Assembly (NCBI GenBank): GCA_035708265.1 | Contig: DASSSV010000347.1 | Coordinates: forward strand, 1-56,630 | Direction: 5' to 3' | Origin: Thermomicrobiales bacterium | Lineage (GTDB): Bacteria > Chloroflexota > Chloroflexia > Thermomicrobiales > CADCWN01 | DNA length: 56,630 nucleotides | Shown here: positions 44,401-53,093 of the stretch, piece by piece | Layout of the letters: every line of letters begins with the position of its first letter | Position numbering within the stretch: position 1 is the first letter of the stretch | Notes under the pieces: generated by a model | The model's input: the letters and a program-made list of their open reading frames with translations, nothing else | What the model was told of the DNA's origin: nothing | Databases searched by the model: none | Made by a program: the position numbers and the translations under genes

Positions 44401-46183
44401 AATGGTTGCCGGCCGCGGTCGCGGCGTGCTCGATCAGTTCGGTCGCGTCGAGGATCGTGTAGCGGTAGCCCTGCTCGGTCAGGAAGAGCTGGCGGCGCGC
44501 GGCGTAGTCCTGGTCGATGGTGTCGCGCGTCACGACCGAGTAGAAGTGCGCCAGCGCGCCGTCCTCCTTCGGCCGGAGGATGCGCCCGAGCCTTTGGGCC
44601 TCCTCCTGCCGCGAGCCGAAGGTGCCCGACACCTGGATCGCCACGTTGGCGTCGGGCAGGTCGATCGCGAAGTTGGCGACCTTCGAGACGACCAGCCGCT
44701 TGACCTCGCCGCGGCGGAAGGCGTCGTACAGTTTCTCGCGCTCGCGGTTCACCATCTTACCGGTGATCAGCGGCGCGTCGAGCCGCTCGGCGATGCTCTT
44801 GAGCTGGTCGAGGTATTGCCCGATCACGAGGACGTTGTCGTCGCGGTGCATCGCCATCAGCCGGTCGAGGACGTCCAGTTTCTCGGGGTTCTCGGCGGCG
44901 ATGCGGTACTTGATCCGGTTGTCCTCGGCCGTGGCGTAGACCAACCGGTGCTCGGTCGGCAGCGCCACGCGGACTTCCCAGCAGTCGGCCGTGGCGATCC
45001 AGCCCTGGCTCTCGAGCGTCTTCCAGGGCAGGTCGTAGCGCTTGGGGCCGATCAGCGAGAAGACGTCGCTCTCGCGGCCGTCCTCGCGCACCAGCGTCGC
45101 GGTCAGGCCGAGGCGGCGGCGCGCCTGGATCTCGGCGGTCACCCGGAAGACCGGGGCGGGGAGCAGGTGGACTTCGTCGTAGACGATCAGGCCCCAGTCG
45201 CGGCTGGTGAAGAGGCCGAGGTGCGGGAACTCCTCCTCGATCGGCAGCGAGCCGGCCGGCGCCGGCTCGTCGTACTCGCCGTCCGCGCCGTTGTCGCGCG
45301 CGCGCTTGCGGCGACTCGGGTGGTAGGTCAGCACCTGGTAGGTCGTCACCGTGATCGGCCGGATCTCCTTCAGGTCGCCGGTGTACTCGCCGATCATCTC
45401 CGGGTCGAGCGTCGTCTTGTCGAGGATCTCGGCGATCCACTGGTGGACGGCGTTGGTGCCGAAGCAGACGATCAGCGCGTGGCACTGGGCCTCGGCGAGC
45501 GCGCCGAGCGCCACGACCGTCTTCCCGGCGCCGCACGGCAGCACGACGACCCCGCTGCCGCCCCGACTGCCGCCGCCGGCCCAGAAGACGTCGACCGCCT
45601 CGCGCTGATACTCGCGCAAACCGAACTCGCGCCCCGAGCGGGCGACATCGCGCAGATCGAGCGTGAGCGGACTGCCCTCGACGTAGCCGGCGAGGTCTTC
45701 GGCCGGGTAGCCGAACTCGACCAGCGCGTGCTTGAGGTGCCCGCGCATCCCCGGCAGGACGTCGAGCGTGCGCGCGTCGAGCCGCCGGATGATGTACGGG
45801 GCGACCTTGCGCGCGTGGGTGATCTCGGTGATCAGCAGCGGGTCCTCCGACTGCAGCACCAGGCGATCGCCCTGGCGCAGCAGTTTCAGCCGCCCGTAGC
45901 GCGACATGTAGTCGCGGATGTCGTGGACGATATTGCCGGGGAGGTCGTATTTGCTGAAGCGCTCCAGGTCGGCCAGCGCGCGCTCGGCGTCGAGGCCGGC
46001 GGCGGCGGCGTTCCAGAGCGACAGGGGGGTGATGCGGTAGGTGTGGACGTGTTCCGGGCTCTTCTCCAGCTCCGCGATCGCCGCCAGGACGTCGCGCGCC
46101 TCCTCGTAGCGCGGGTTCGCCGCTTCGAGGAGGACGGTACGATCGCCCTGCACGATCATCGGGTTGTCCGGGACATAGGGCAT
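44399..46183 (-). CDS. XPB/Ssl2 (ERCC3/RAD25)-type SF2 DNA helicase
   Basis: N-terminal damage-recognition-like region (IVQGDRTVLLEA...YRITPLSLWNA). Helicase motifs are VVLPCGAGKT, YDEVHLLPA, GLTATLVRED and QE.QR.GR.LR. Confidence 0.85.
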   Translation of the reverse strand: MPYVPDNPMIVQGDRTVLLEAANPRYEEARDVLAAIAELEKSPEHVHTYRITPLSLWNAAAAGLDAERALADLERFSKYDLPGNIVHDIRDYMSRYGRLKLLRQGDRLVLQSEDPLLITEITHARKVAPYIIRRLDARTLDVLPGMRGHLKHALVEFGYPAEDLAGYVEGSPLTLDLRDVARSGREFGLREYQREAVDVFWAGGGSRGGSGVVVLPCGAGKTVVALGALAEAQCHALIVCFGTNAVHQWIAEILDKTTLDPEMIGEYTGDLKEIRPITVTTYQVLTYHPSRRKRARDNGADGEYDEPAPAGSLPIEEEFPHLGLFTSRDWGLIVYDEVHLLPAPVFRVTAEIQARRRLGLTATLVREDGRESDVFSLIGPKRYDLPWKTLESQGWIATADCWEVRVALPTEHRLVYATAEDNRIKYRIAAENPEKLDVLDRLMAMHRDDNVLVIGQYLDQLKSIAERLDAPLITGKMVNREREKLYDAFRRGEVKRLVVSKVANFAIDLPDANVAIQVSGTFGSRQEEAQRLGRILRPKEDGALAHFYSVVTRDTIDQDYAARRQLFLTEQGYRYTILDATELIEHAATAAGNH

Positions 46184-46198
46184 GGGCTCACTCCGTTC

Positions 46199-46310
46199 GC
46201 GGTCGTCGGTCGTCAGTTTAGACGGCAGGCGGCAATACCGGCTTCCCCTCGCTTGCCATGTTGCCGCGCAGAAGCCGTCACTGACGACTGACGACTGGCG
46301 ACTGACGACC
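46199..46310. repeat. Heptad hairpin element (GGTCGTC x2 / TGACGAC x4)
   Basis: The arms GCGGTCGTCGGTCGTCAG (46199-46216) and CTGACGACTGACGACTGGCGACTGACGACC (46281-46310) are reverse-complementary. This is the only locus with the pyrimidine-rich arm first. Confidence 0.8.
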
Positions 46311-46312
46311 CT

Positions 46313-49081
46313 TCACTCCTCGGCCACCGCGACGCCGACGATGTTGCTCAGGCGGAAGTCGCGCTCCTCCTGGCGCAGGTGGCAGAAGGCATGCAGGTAG
46401 TACGACCCGCCGCGGACTTCCAATTCGCGCGGCTCGATCACGCGGCGGGTCGAGCGGCGCTCGTTCGGCTTGCGGTACTCGATCACGAGGGTCTGCTCGG
46501 CGTCGAGCGCTTCCTCGATGAAGTCGGTCAGGGTCCGGCCGCTCAGGCGCAGCAGCGGCACGTCCCGCCGCGCCAGGTGCTGCCGCGACTTCCCGGCCAC
46601 GAGGTCGCGCCCGGTGGTCATGCCGGCGCGCTCGGCCGCGCGCTGCGCGCCGGCGCGTTTGGCGCCCGCGGCCGGCGCGCCGAGCCCGGGCTTCAGCGCG
46701 ATGCCGCGCGCCGTGAGCGCGGCCTCGAACTCCGGCCAGTGGTCCTCGCGGATCAGCGCCAGGCTGGCGCTGAGGATGCGCAGGATCAGCGGGCGGAGCG
46801 CCTTCACCCGGTTCAGGTCGCCCCAGTTGACCGTCGGCGGCAACTCGACCGCGCGCACGCCCGCGTAGCGGAAGGGCGTGTAGTAGCCGGCCCAGCCGCG
46901 CAGTGTCACGATGTCGTCGGGCGAGAGGCCGACGCGCGCCTTGTAGCCGAGGAACGAGAGGATCTCGTCGATCGTGACGCCGTTCTCGCGCGCCCGCGCC
47001 AGCGATTGCTGGTCCACGCGGTAGGTCGCCCCCGCGGAGCGGCCGTCGGCCGGCGCACCCCGGTCGGCGAAGCGCGCCAAGCGGTAGTCGAGATAGGGCT
47101 CGTCGTCCCAGCGCGAGACGACGATCTCGCCCGGGCCGTTCAGGTCGAGGATCTGCGGCTCGTCGACCGCGTAGTCTACGACCTGCGCCATCGCCCCCGC
47201 CGCCTCGATCGCGTCGGCCAGCGCGGCCGGGACGTCGGCGCGCAGGAGCGCGACGGTCGGCGCGAGGCGGCGGTCGACGTACCCGGCGACGGCCGGGCGG
47301 GCGAGCAGGCGGTCGAGCGTGGCGGCGTCGGGTGTCTCCAGCAGCGCGGCCGCGCGGCGCAGGTGGACGCGCTCGTACTCGCGCGCCCAGTCGCCGAGCG
47401 TGTGGCGGACGTTCTGCGGCAGCGGCGCGCCCGCGCCGCCCTCCAACATCGCGACGATCCGCTCCTCGGTCCAGCCGGCCGCCAGGCCGCGCACGAAGGC
47501 CGGTCGCGTCAGCGTGTAGACGGCGGCGCGGTCGAGGCCGCGCGCCTCCGCGAAGGCGTCGAGACTGGCGAGCAGGTCGAGGTGCGCCAGCGCGTCGAGC
47601 ACCAGCACCTCGAAGTTCGGCTGGACCACCAGCGTGGTGCCGGCCGCGACCGGCTCGTCCGTCGCGGCGGCCGGCGCGAAGAGGCGTGCGCCGAGGTCGG
47701 TCAACCGCACGGCGACCGGGCGCTCCGCACCCGACTCGTAGCCGGCGTCCACCAGCCCCAGCCAGACCAGCGGCTCGCCGCAGACCTGGGCGACGTACGC
47801 GCCCTCGACCTCGCCCCAGTCCCGCTCCTTGTGCAACCGCCGCTCGCGGCCGCGACTATCGGCGCGGACCAGCCCGCGGTAGAAGCCCTGCTCCTGCGAC
47901 TGCCAGCTCTGGTAATAGCCGCCGTAGTAGCCGTAGTAACCGTGGTAACCGGGCGGCGTCTCCGACAGCCGCGGGATCAGGAACTCGGGGTCGGTGCGGC
48001 GCAGCGCGCCGGCGAGCGCCCCCACGCCGACCCAGGGCCGCTGCGCCCCGGCGCCGGGGCGGGCCAGCCGCGGCAGCAGCGCCCCGATCGCCGCGCGCGC
48101 CGCGGCGAGTTGATCGGGCGTGGGGTGGTCGGTCGCCCCGCCGTAGGTCCACGGCTCGGTCGTCAGGTGGGAGAGGCGGGCGAACTCGTCCCAATCGAGC
48201 GTGAGCCAGGTGTCGTAGAGCCGGCGGGCGGCGGTCGTCTCCGAGGCGTTGAGAAATTCGTCGGCCTGCTCGTCCGTGCGCAAAAGGCCCTGATCCTCGC
48301 GCGCCAGGCCGGTCGCCAGCAGCAGCCGCAACTCGAAGAGCAGCCGGCCGTCGAGCTGCGCGGCGCCCGCGCCGCGCGGCGGCGGGGCCTGGCCCGGCTG
48401 GAGGGCCGCGAAGAGTTTGCGGAGGTCGGTGCGGTGCGGCTCGCCGGTGCGCGTCAGGCGGAGGCCGCTGCTCTTCAGGAAGCGCAGCGCCAGGTAGAGG
48501 TCGCGCCGCAGTTCGGCGAAGGAGCCGGCCTCGACGCGCGACGGCTCGCCGGCAAGAGGCGGCAGCAGGCCCGCCTCCGCGGCGTCGGCGGGGAGCGCGT
48601 CCAGGATCGCCTGTGGCGCCGTGACCCAGCGCAGCCGGCTCGCCTGGTCGGCGAGGTCGAGCGACGCCTTGTGCCCGCTGTCCCGCTCCTCGACGAGGAG
48701 GAGGCCGGCGCGCAGCAGCCGCTCCAGCTCGCGACGCGCCTCGGCCTCGCCGGCGTCGGCGCTCGCCGCGAGGAAGAGCGCCGCCAGCGAGGTCCGCCCG
48801 GCGCGGCGGACGATGCCGAGCGCGCGGCGCCCGAGCGGCGAGAGCGCCGAGACGGCGCGCCGCGCGAAGGCGGGGTCCACGAGCAGTCGGGTGAGTTGGT
48901 CGATGCGCTCGGACTTGCGCCGCACAGCCCCGGCGCCGGGGCTGTGCCCTTCGAGCATCGCCCGGATGTCGTCGGCGGCGTAGCCGTCAAGCGCGGTCCG
49001 GAGGCGTTCGCGTTCGGTCAATGCCCCGGTCAATGCCTCGGAGTGCGGCGCCAGTGCCGTGGCTCCATCGCGGTCGCGCAC
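46313..49081 (-). CDS. XPB-associated helicase-associated-domain protein (p52/Tfb2-like Helicase_C_3) with a C-terminal WYL domain
   Basis: 922 aa. TLVVQPNFEVLVLD is typical of the helicase-associated domain found next to bacterial XPB. The C-terminus TLVIEYRKPNERRSTRRVIEPRELEVRGGSYYLHAFCHLRQEERDFRLSNI matches the WYL pattern. Confidence 0.7.
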   Translation of the reverse strand: MRDRDGATALAPHSEALTGALTERERLRTALDGYAADDIRAMLEGHSPGAGAVRRKSERIDQLTRLLVDPAFARRAVSALSPLGRRALGIVRRAGRTSLAALFLAASADAGEAEARRELERLLRAGLLLVEERDSGHKASLDLADQASRLRWVTAPQAILDALPADAAEAGLLPPLAGEPSRVEAGSFAELRRDLYLALRFLKSSGLRLTRTGEPHRTDLRKLFAALQPGQAPPPRGAGAAQLDGRLLFELRLLLATGLAREDQGLLRTDEQADEFLNASETTAARRLYDTWLTLDWDEFARLSHLTTEPWTYGGATDHPTPDQLAAARAAIGALLPRLARPGAGAQRPWVGVGALAGALRRTDPEFLIPRLSETPPGYHGYYGYYGGYYQSWQSQEQGFYRGLVRADSRGRERRLHKERDWGEVEGAYVAQVCGEPLVWLGLVDAGYESGAERPVAVRLTDLGARLFAPAAATDEPVAAGTTLVVQPNFEVLVLDALAHLDLLASLDAFAEARGLDRAAVYTLTRPAFVRGLAAGWTEERIVAMLEGGAGAPLPQNVRHTLGDWAREYERVHLRRAAALLETPDAATLDRLLARPAVAGYVDRRLAPTVALLRADVPAALADAIEAAGAMAQVVDYAVDEPQILDLNGPGEIVVSRWDDEPYLDYRLARFADRGAPADGRSAGATYRVDQQSLARARENGVTIDEILSFLGYKARVGLSPDDIVTLRGWAGYYTPFRYAGVRAVELPPTVNWGDLNRVKALRPLILRILSASLALIREDHWPEFEAALTARGIALKPGLGAPAAGAKRAGAQRAAERAGMTTGRDLVAGKSRQHLARRDVPLLRLSGRTLTDFIEEALDAEQTLVIEYRKPNERRSTRRVIEPRELEVRGGSYYLHAFCHLRQEERDFRLSNIVGVAVAEE

Positions 49082-49253
49082 CAGTCCCTGCCTGTCCCCT
49101 GTACGATCGTCCCGCCGAACCGGGCCGCGCGCCGCGCGCCGCGCGCCCCCCGCGCGGTCCCAATTCGGCCGGCAAGCCTGATCCCGACTATTGTACCGTC
49201 CGGCCGGGAGTTTGCCAAATGCGGCGGGCGCCCGGTGAGGGCCGCGCGCCGGG

Positions 49254-49282
49254 TCGACAGCGGCCCGGCGGCGTGCTATACT
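49254..49282 (+). promoter_or_regulatory. Promoter candidate for the tRNA-Ser pair
   Basis: TCGACA, a 17-nt spacer, then an extended -10 TGCTATACT, ending 12 nt before the tRNA 5' end. Confidence 0.5.
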
Positions 49283-49294
49283 CGCAATCCGTGA

Positions 49295-49377
49295 GGAGAG
49301 GTGGCCGAGCGGTCGATGGCGGCTGTCTTGAAAACAGCAGAGCGCAAGCTCCGGGGGTTCGAATCCCTCCCTCTCCG
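49295..49377 (+). tRNA. tRNA-Ser (anticodon TGA)
   Basis: Acceptor stem GGAGAGG/CCTCTCC, D-arm GCCGAGCGGTC, anticodon loop CTTGAAA, a long variable arm, T-loop GGTTCGAATCC. CCA is not encoded. Confidence 0.85.
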
Positions 49378-49389
49378 TCGCGAGTCCCT

Positions 49390-49481
49390 GGGAAGGTGCC
49401 AGAGAGGTCGAATGGGGCCGCCTGCTAAGCGGTTAAGGTGGTGTAGAACCTCCTTCGAGGGTTCGAATCCCTCCCTTCCCG
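49390..49481 (+). tRNA. tRNA-Ser (anticodon GCT)
   Basis: Acceptor stem GGGAAGG/CCTTCCC, anticodon loop CTGCTAA, a long variable arm, T-loop GGTTCGAATCC. CCA is not encoded. Confidence 0.85.
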
Positions 49482-49490
49482 CCTCAACCG

Positions 49491-49595
49491 AGGACTCAGG
49501 ACTCAGGACTCAGTAGGCTCGGTGCATGGGGTATGCCAGACGGCTAGCCCCGAGCACCGGATCACTGAGTCCTGAGTCCTCAGTCCTGAGTCCTG
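49491..49595. repeat. Heptad hairpin element (AGGACTC x3 / GAGTCCT x4)
   Basis: Complementary arms flank a 50-nt spacer that itself contains GCTCGG...CCGAGC. It sits between the convergent tRNA-Ser and rpoN genes, so it is a likely bidirectional terminator. Confidence 0.85.
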
Positions 49596-49599
49596 CGCG

Positions 49600-51039
49600 C
49601 TAGCGCATCGTCGAGGGGAGGATGCCGAGTTCCGCGCGGTACTTGGCGACCGTGCGGCGCGCGATGCGGATGCCCCGCTGCAGGAGCCGGCTGCAGATCT
49701 CGCGGTCGGTCAGCGGCTGCGCGCGGTCGCGCTCCTTCAAGATGATCTCCTTGATCACGTCCTTGATCGACAGCGACGGCGTGAAGAAGTCGCTGAAGGG
49801 GATCACCTTGCGCGAGGGGAGCATCACGTACTTGTTGGCGGTGGCGCGGCTCACCGTCGACTCGTGGACGCCGACCTGCTGCGCGACGACCGCGCGGGTG
49901 AGCGGCCGCAGTTCGCGGACGCCGCCGCGCAAGAAGTCCTCCTGCAACTCGACCAGGCAGAGCGCGATCTTGCGCAGCGTCTCGCGGCGCTGGTTGATGT
50001 TGGCGATGAAGAGCTTGGCGCGCGAGGAATACTCGCGGATGTGCTGGCGGTCGGCGTCGCTGGCGTTGAGAATCGTCGCGCCCTTACGCCCCAGTTCGGT
50101 CGCCATCTCCTCATATAAGGGGCTCATGCGCAGGAAGAAGTGGCGCGCCTCGACGACCTCGACGCTGAACTCGTCGCCGCGCAGCGCGATCAGCACGTCC
50201 GGCGCGACGAACGGGGAGCGCGTCGGGCTCTTCCACGAGCGCGCCTCCTGCGTCTGGAGCGGGAAGGGGCTCAACTGCGCGCGGATGAAGTCGCGCGCCG
50301 CCTCGACCTGGTCGGCGGTGATGCCGAGGACGCCGGCGATGTAGCCGTACTTGTGCGCGCCCAGGTCCTCCAGGTGCTCCTCGACGATCGGCCGCACGGC
50401 CGGGGGAACCTCCGCCCCGTTGTGCTCGAGGTAGGCGAGCTGGAGGAGGAGGCATTCGCGGATATCGCGCGCCGCCACCCCCACCGGCGCGACCTGCTGG
50501 ATCAGCGCCAGGACCTCCTCGACCATCTCGACCGGCACGCCGAGCGCCGCGGCGGCGTCGTCGGCGGTGCCGGTGAGGAAGCCGCGCTCGTCCAGCGACT
50601 CGACCAGCCACTCGGCGATCGGCATCTCGTCGTCGGCCAGCAGGGTGTGGACGTCGGCGAGGATCTGCTCGTGCAGGCTGGTCTCGGCGGCGATGAGCGT
50701 CATCGGGTCGAAGTCGTCGTCGGCGATGCCGTTGGGCGACTGCTGGACCATGACCTCGGGGTAGTCCTCGTAACTCTTCTCGGGCGGCGTGTCGTCCTGG
50801 CTGACCAGGCAGTTCGGGCAGTACGAGCCCTCAATGATGCCGCCGCAGACCGGGCAGACCTCGCGGTCGTCCATCTCCAGCGCCGGGTTGGCGGTCAGTT
50901 CCTCGCGGATGACCTCCTGGAGTTCCTGCCGCGAGAGGCTCAGGATGTAGTTGGCCTCGATCAGACTGGGCGAGACCCAGGTCCGCATCTCCGGAGACAT
51001 CTCCATCGAGGCATCCATGCTCATCGCTCTCTCCTCCAT
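49600..51039 (-). CDS. rpoN: RNA polymerase sigma-54 factor
   Basis: The RpoN box ARRTVAKYR is present, as are HESTVSRA (HTH) and the region I tail LSLSRQELQEVIREELTANPALE. The true start may be ATG 51024, preceded by GGAGGAGAG. It contains an unusual CPVC...CPNC insertion. Confidence 0.85.
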   Translation of the reverse strand: MEERAMSMDASMEMSPEMRTWVSPSLIEANYILSLSRQELQEVIREELTANPALEMDDREVCPVCGGIIEGSYCPNCLVSQDDTPPEKSYEDYPEVMVQQSPNGIADDDFDPMTLIAAETSLHEQILADVHTLLADDEMPIAEWLVESLDERGFLTGTADDAAAALGVPVEMVEEVLALIQQVAPVGVAARDIRECLLLQLAYLEHNGAEVPPAVRPIVEEHLEDLGAHKYGYIAGVLGITADQVEAARDFIRAQLSPFPLQTQEARSWKSPTRSPFVAPDVLIALRGDEFSVEVVEARHFFLRMSPLYEEMATELGRKGATILNASDADRQHIREYSSRAKLFIANINQRRETLRKIALCLVELQEDFLRGGVRELRPLTRAVVAQQVGVHESTVSRATANKYVMLPSRKVIPFSDFFTPSLSIKDVIKEIILKERDRAQPLTDREICSRLLQRGIRIARRTVAKYRAELGILPSTMR

Positions 51040-51211
51040 CCTCAGACGGGCGCGATTCGCGCGGCAGGCGATTACCCGCCGGTCGGGCTCATATGCGGGT
51101 CCTCGCGGGGGGCCGGGCGAAGCCGATGGAGTGGCGGGATTCGGCTCCGCTATCGAGTATAGCGCCGTCCGAGAAGCATGGCAAGGAACTTGCTGTGACT
51201 CGGCGGCCCGA

Positions 51212-52036
51212 CTAGACGACCCGCGGTAGCCAGGCGACGATCGCCGCCGCCAGCGCCGCCGGGCGCACCTGCGGGACCAGGTGCCCCACCCCCGGCAGCT
51301 CCACCAGCGTGCAGTCCGGGATCAGCGCGGCAACTCGCGCCGCCTCCTCGCGGCTCAACACGTCGCTGCGCCCGCCGCGCACCAGCAGCACCGGCACCCC
51401 GATCGCAGCGGCGGCCGCGCTGAAGTCGCGCGGGCGGCCAAGCCGCAGCGTGGCGACCGCGGCGTCGAGGTCGTAGCGCCAGGCGAGCCGCCCGTCGCCG
51501 GTGGGGCGCAGGTTGTAGGCGACGTAGCGCCGGGTGGCGGCGTTCGGCGCGCGGCCGGGGCCGACCAGCGCCGCGACGGCGTCCTCCACGGTGCCGAACG
51601 GCCCGTAGCCGTCGCGCAGGCGCGCCACGTCCGCGGCGAGCACGCCGGCGTCGCCGCGCGCGCCGACATCCACTATGACGTAGCCGCGCGCCAGGCCTGG
51701 TCGCAGTCCGGCGAGCGTCAGCGCCGTCCGCCCGCCGAGCGAGTGCCCGACGATCACGGGGCGGCGCAGGTCGAGCACGGCGCAGAACGCGGCGACGTCG
51801 GCCGCGAAGTCCTCCGGCGCGTAGCCGGCTGGCGGGCGGTCGCTGCCGCCGTGGCCGCGCTGGTCGAGCGCGAGGACGCGCCCATGGGGCACGAGCAACG
51901 GGGCCACCTCGTCCCAGCCGTGCGCCTGGTCGCGCAGGCCGTGCAGGAGGACGAGCGGCGGCCCGGCGCCGCCCCAGTCGAGGTAATGCAGCGTCAGGCC
52001 GTTGGCGGAGACGAAACCATCGCGCGGCGTCGTCAT
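51212..52036 (-). CDS. Alpha/beta hydrolase
   Basis: ATG 52036. LVLLHG, the nucleophile elbow GHSLGG and a C-terminal GH. Confidence 0.8.
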   Translation of the reverse strand: MTTPRDGFVSANGLTLHYLDWGGAGPPLVLLHGLRDQAHGWDEVAPLLVPHGRVLALDQRGHGGSDRPPAGYAPEDFAADVAAFCAVLDLRRPVIVGHSLGGRTALTLAGLRPGLARGYVIVDVGARGDAGVLAADVARLRDGYGPFGTVEDAVAALVGPGRAPNAATRRYVAYNLRPTGDGRLAWRYDLDAAVATLRLGRPRDFSAAAAAIGVPVLLVRGGRSDVLSREEAARVAALIPDCTLVELPGVGHLVPQVRPAALAAAIVAWLPRVV

Positions 52037-52160
52037 GGCCGGGGCGCGACGGGGGCCGCGAGACGACAGCGGGGCACGGCGCTCCTCCGGGACGCGGCGA
52101 ATGGCGCGGCGCGTCAGGTCGCGCGCCGCGCGCATTCTACACCGCGCGGCGGGGATACGT

Positions 52161-52302
52161 GACCAAAACACAGAGGCACGGAGGCACGGAGAGACGAGGA
52201 GAGAGGACGAAGAAGGAAGGACGAAGCATGAGGTACGAAGGACGAATACATATCGTCCTTCTCTCTTCGTTCTCTACGTCTCTGCGTCTCTGTGTTTTGG
52301 TC
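52161..52302. repeat. Long palindromic element related to the nuo-operon palindromes
   Basis: GACCAAAACACAGAGGCACGGAGGCACGGAGAGACGAGGAGAGAGGACGAAG pairs with CGTCCTTCTCTCTTCGTTCTCTACGTCTCTGCGTCTCTGTGTTTTGGTC. It shares the CAGAGGCAC.GAG and ACGAGGAGAGA strings with 30009-30136. Confidence 0.9.
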
Positions 52303-52345
52303 CCTTTCCGGGCCGGCTGGGGCGTGGGGCGGCCGGGTCGGCGCG

Positions 52346-53089
52346 TCAGCGGAGGATGGTGATGTCCTGTGCGGTGTCGCCGCCCGGCGCGGTGCAGCGC
52401 ACGCGGATCGGCGTGCCGACGCCGAGGTCCGCCAGCGTGCCGGTGCGTCCGTCCGCCAGGTGGACGACGGTGTTCCGCGTGATCGTCAGCCAGTGGTCGC
52501 CGCTATCCTGCAGCAGCGTCACTACCAGACGGCCGTCGGACACGTAGACGACGCGGACGGTCCCGACCAGGACGGCGTCGCGCCCGGCGCTGTCGTCCGA
52601 CTCACCGGCACTCAGGCGCGCCGACTCGTTGAGCGAGGCGATGGCGCGGGTGGGGTTGACGGTGAGGAAGGTCGCGGTCAGCGGCTGGGCGAAGACGCTG
52701 CCGCTCGCCTCGACGGTGGCGGTCGGCATGCCTGCGGGCCCGCCGAGGCGGGAGGCGAGCATGCTCGCGCAGAGCATCAGCGCGAGGGTCGCCACCGCGG
52801 CGCCCGCCGCGGCCTGCCGCCAGGCGGTCGCCCGCGCGTAGGCCGGCACGGACGCCGCGGTGATGTGGTCGAGGACCACGCAGCGGGCATGGGTCTCCAG
52901 CTCGATCGCCGGGAGGCCCCGCACTTCGCGATCCTGCCGCCGGTACTCGTCCAGGAGGGCCAGGCAGCCGGGGCAGCGCAGCAGATGGGTACTCAGCAGG
53001 ACGCGCTCGGCCTCCGTGAGGTCCGCGTCGCGATACCGCGCGAGAAGCGGCGCGACTTTGCGGCACTCGCCGCGGGGCGGGGTCGGCAT
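52346..53089 (-). CDS. Anti-sigma factor (zf-HC2 type) with a TM segment and extracytoplasmic domain
   Basis: An N-terminal C...H...C..C pattern (ECRKVAPLL...HLLRCPGC), a single TM segment (AAAGAAVATLALMLCASMLA), and a position 4 nt downstream of the ECF sigma gene. Confidence 0.75.
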   Translation of the reverse strand: MPTPPRGECRKVAPLLARYRDADLTEAERVLLSTHLLRCPGCLALLDEYRRQDREVRGLPAIELETHARCVVLDHITAASVPAYARATAWRQAAAGAAVATLALMLCASMLASRLGGPAGMPTATVEASGSVFAQPLTATFLTVNPTRAIASLNESARLSAGESDDSAGRDAVLVGTVRVVYVSDGRLVVTLLQDSGDHWLTITRNTVVHLADGRTGTLADLGVGTPIRVRCTAPGGDTAQDITILR

Positions 53090-53093
53090 ACCG

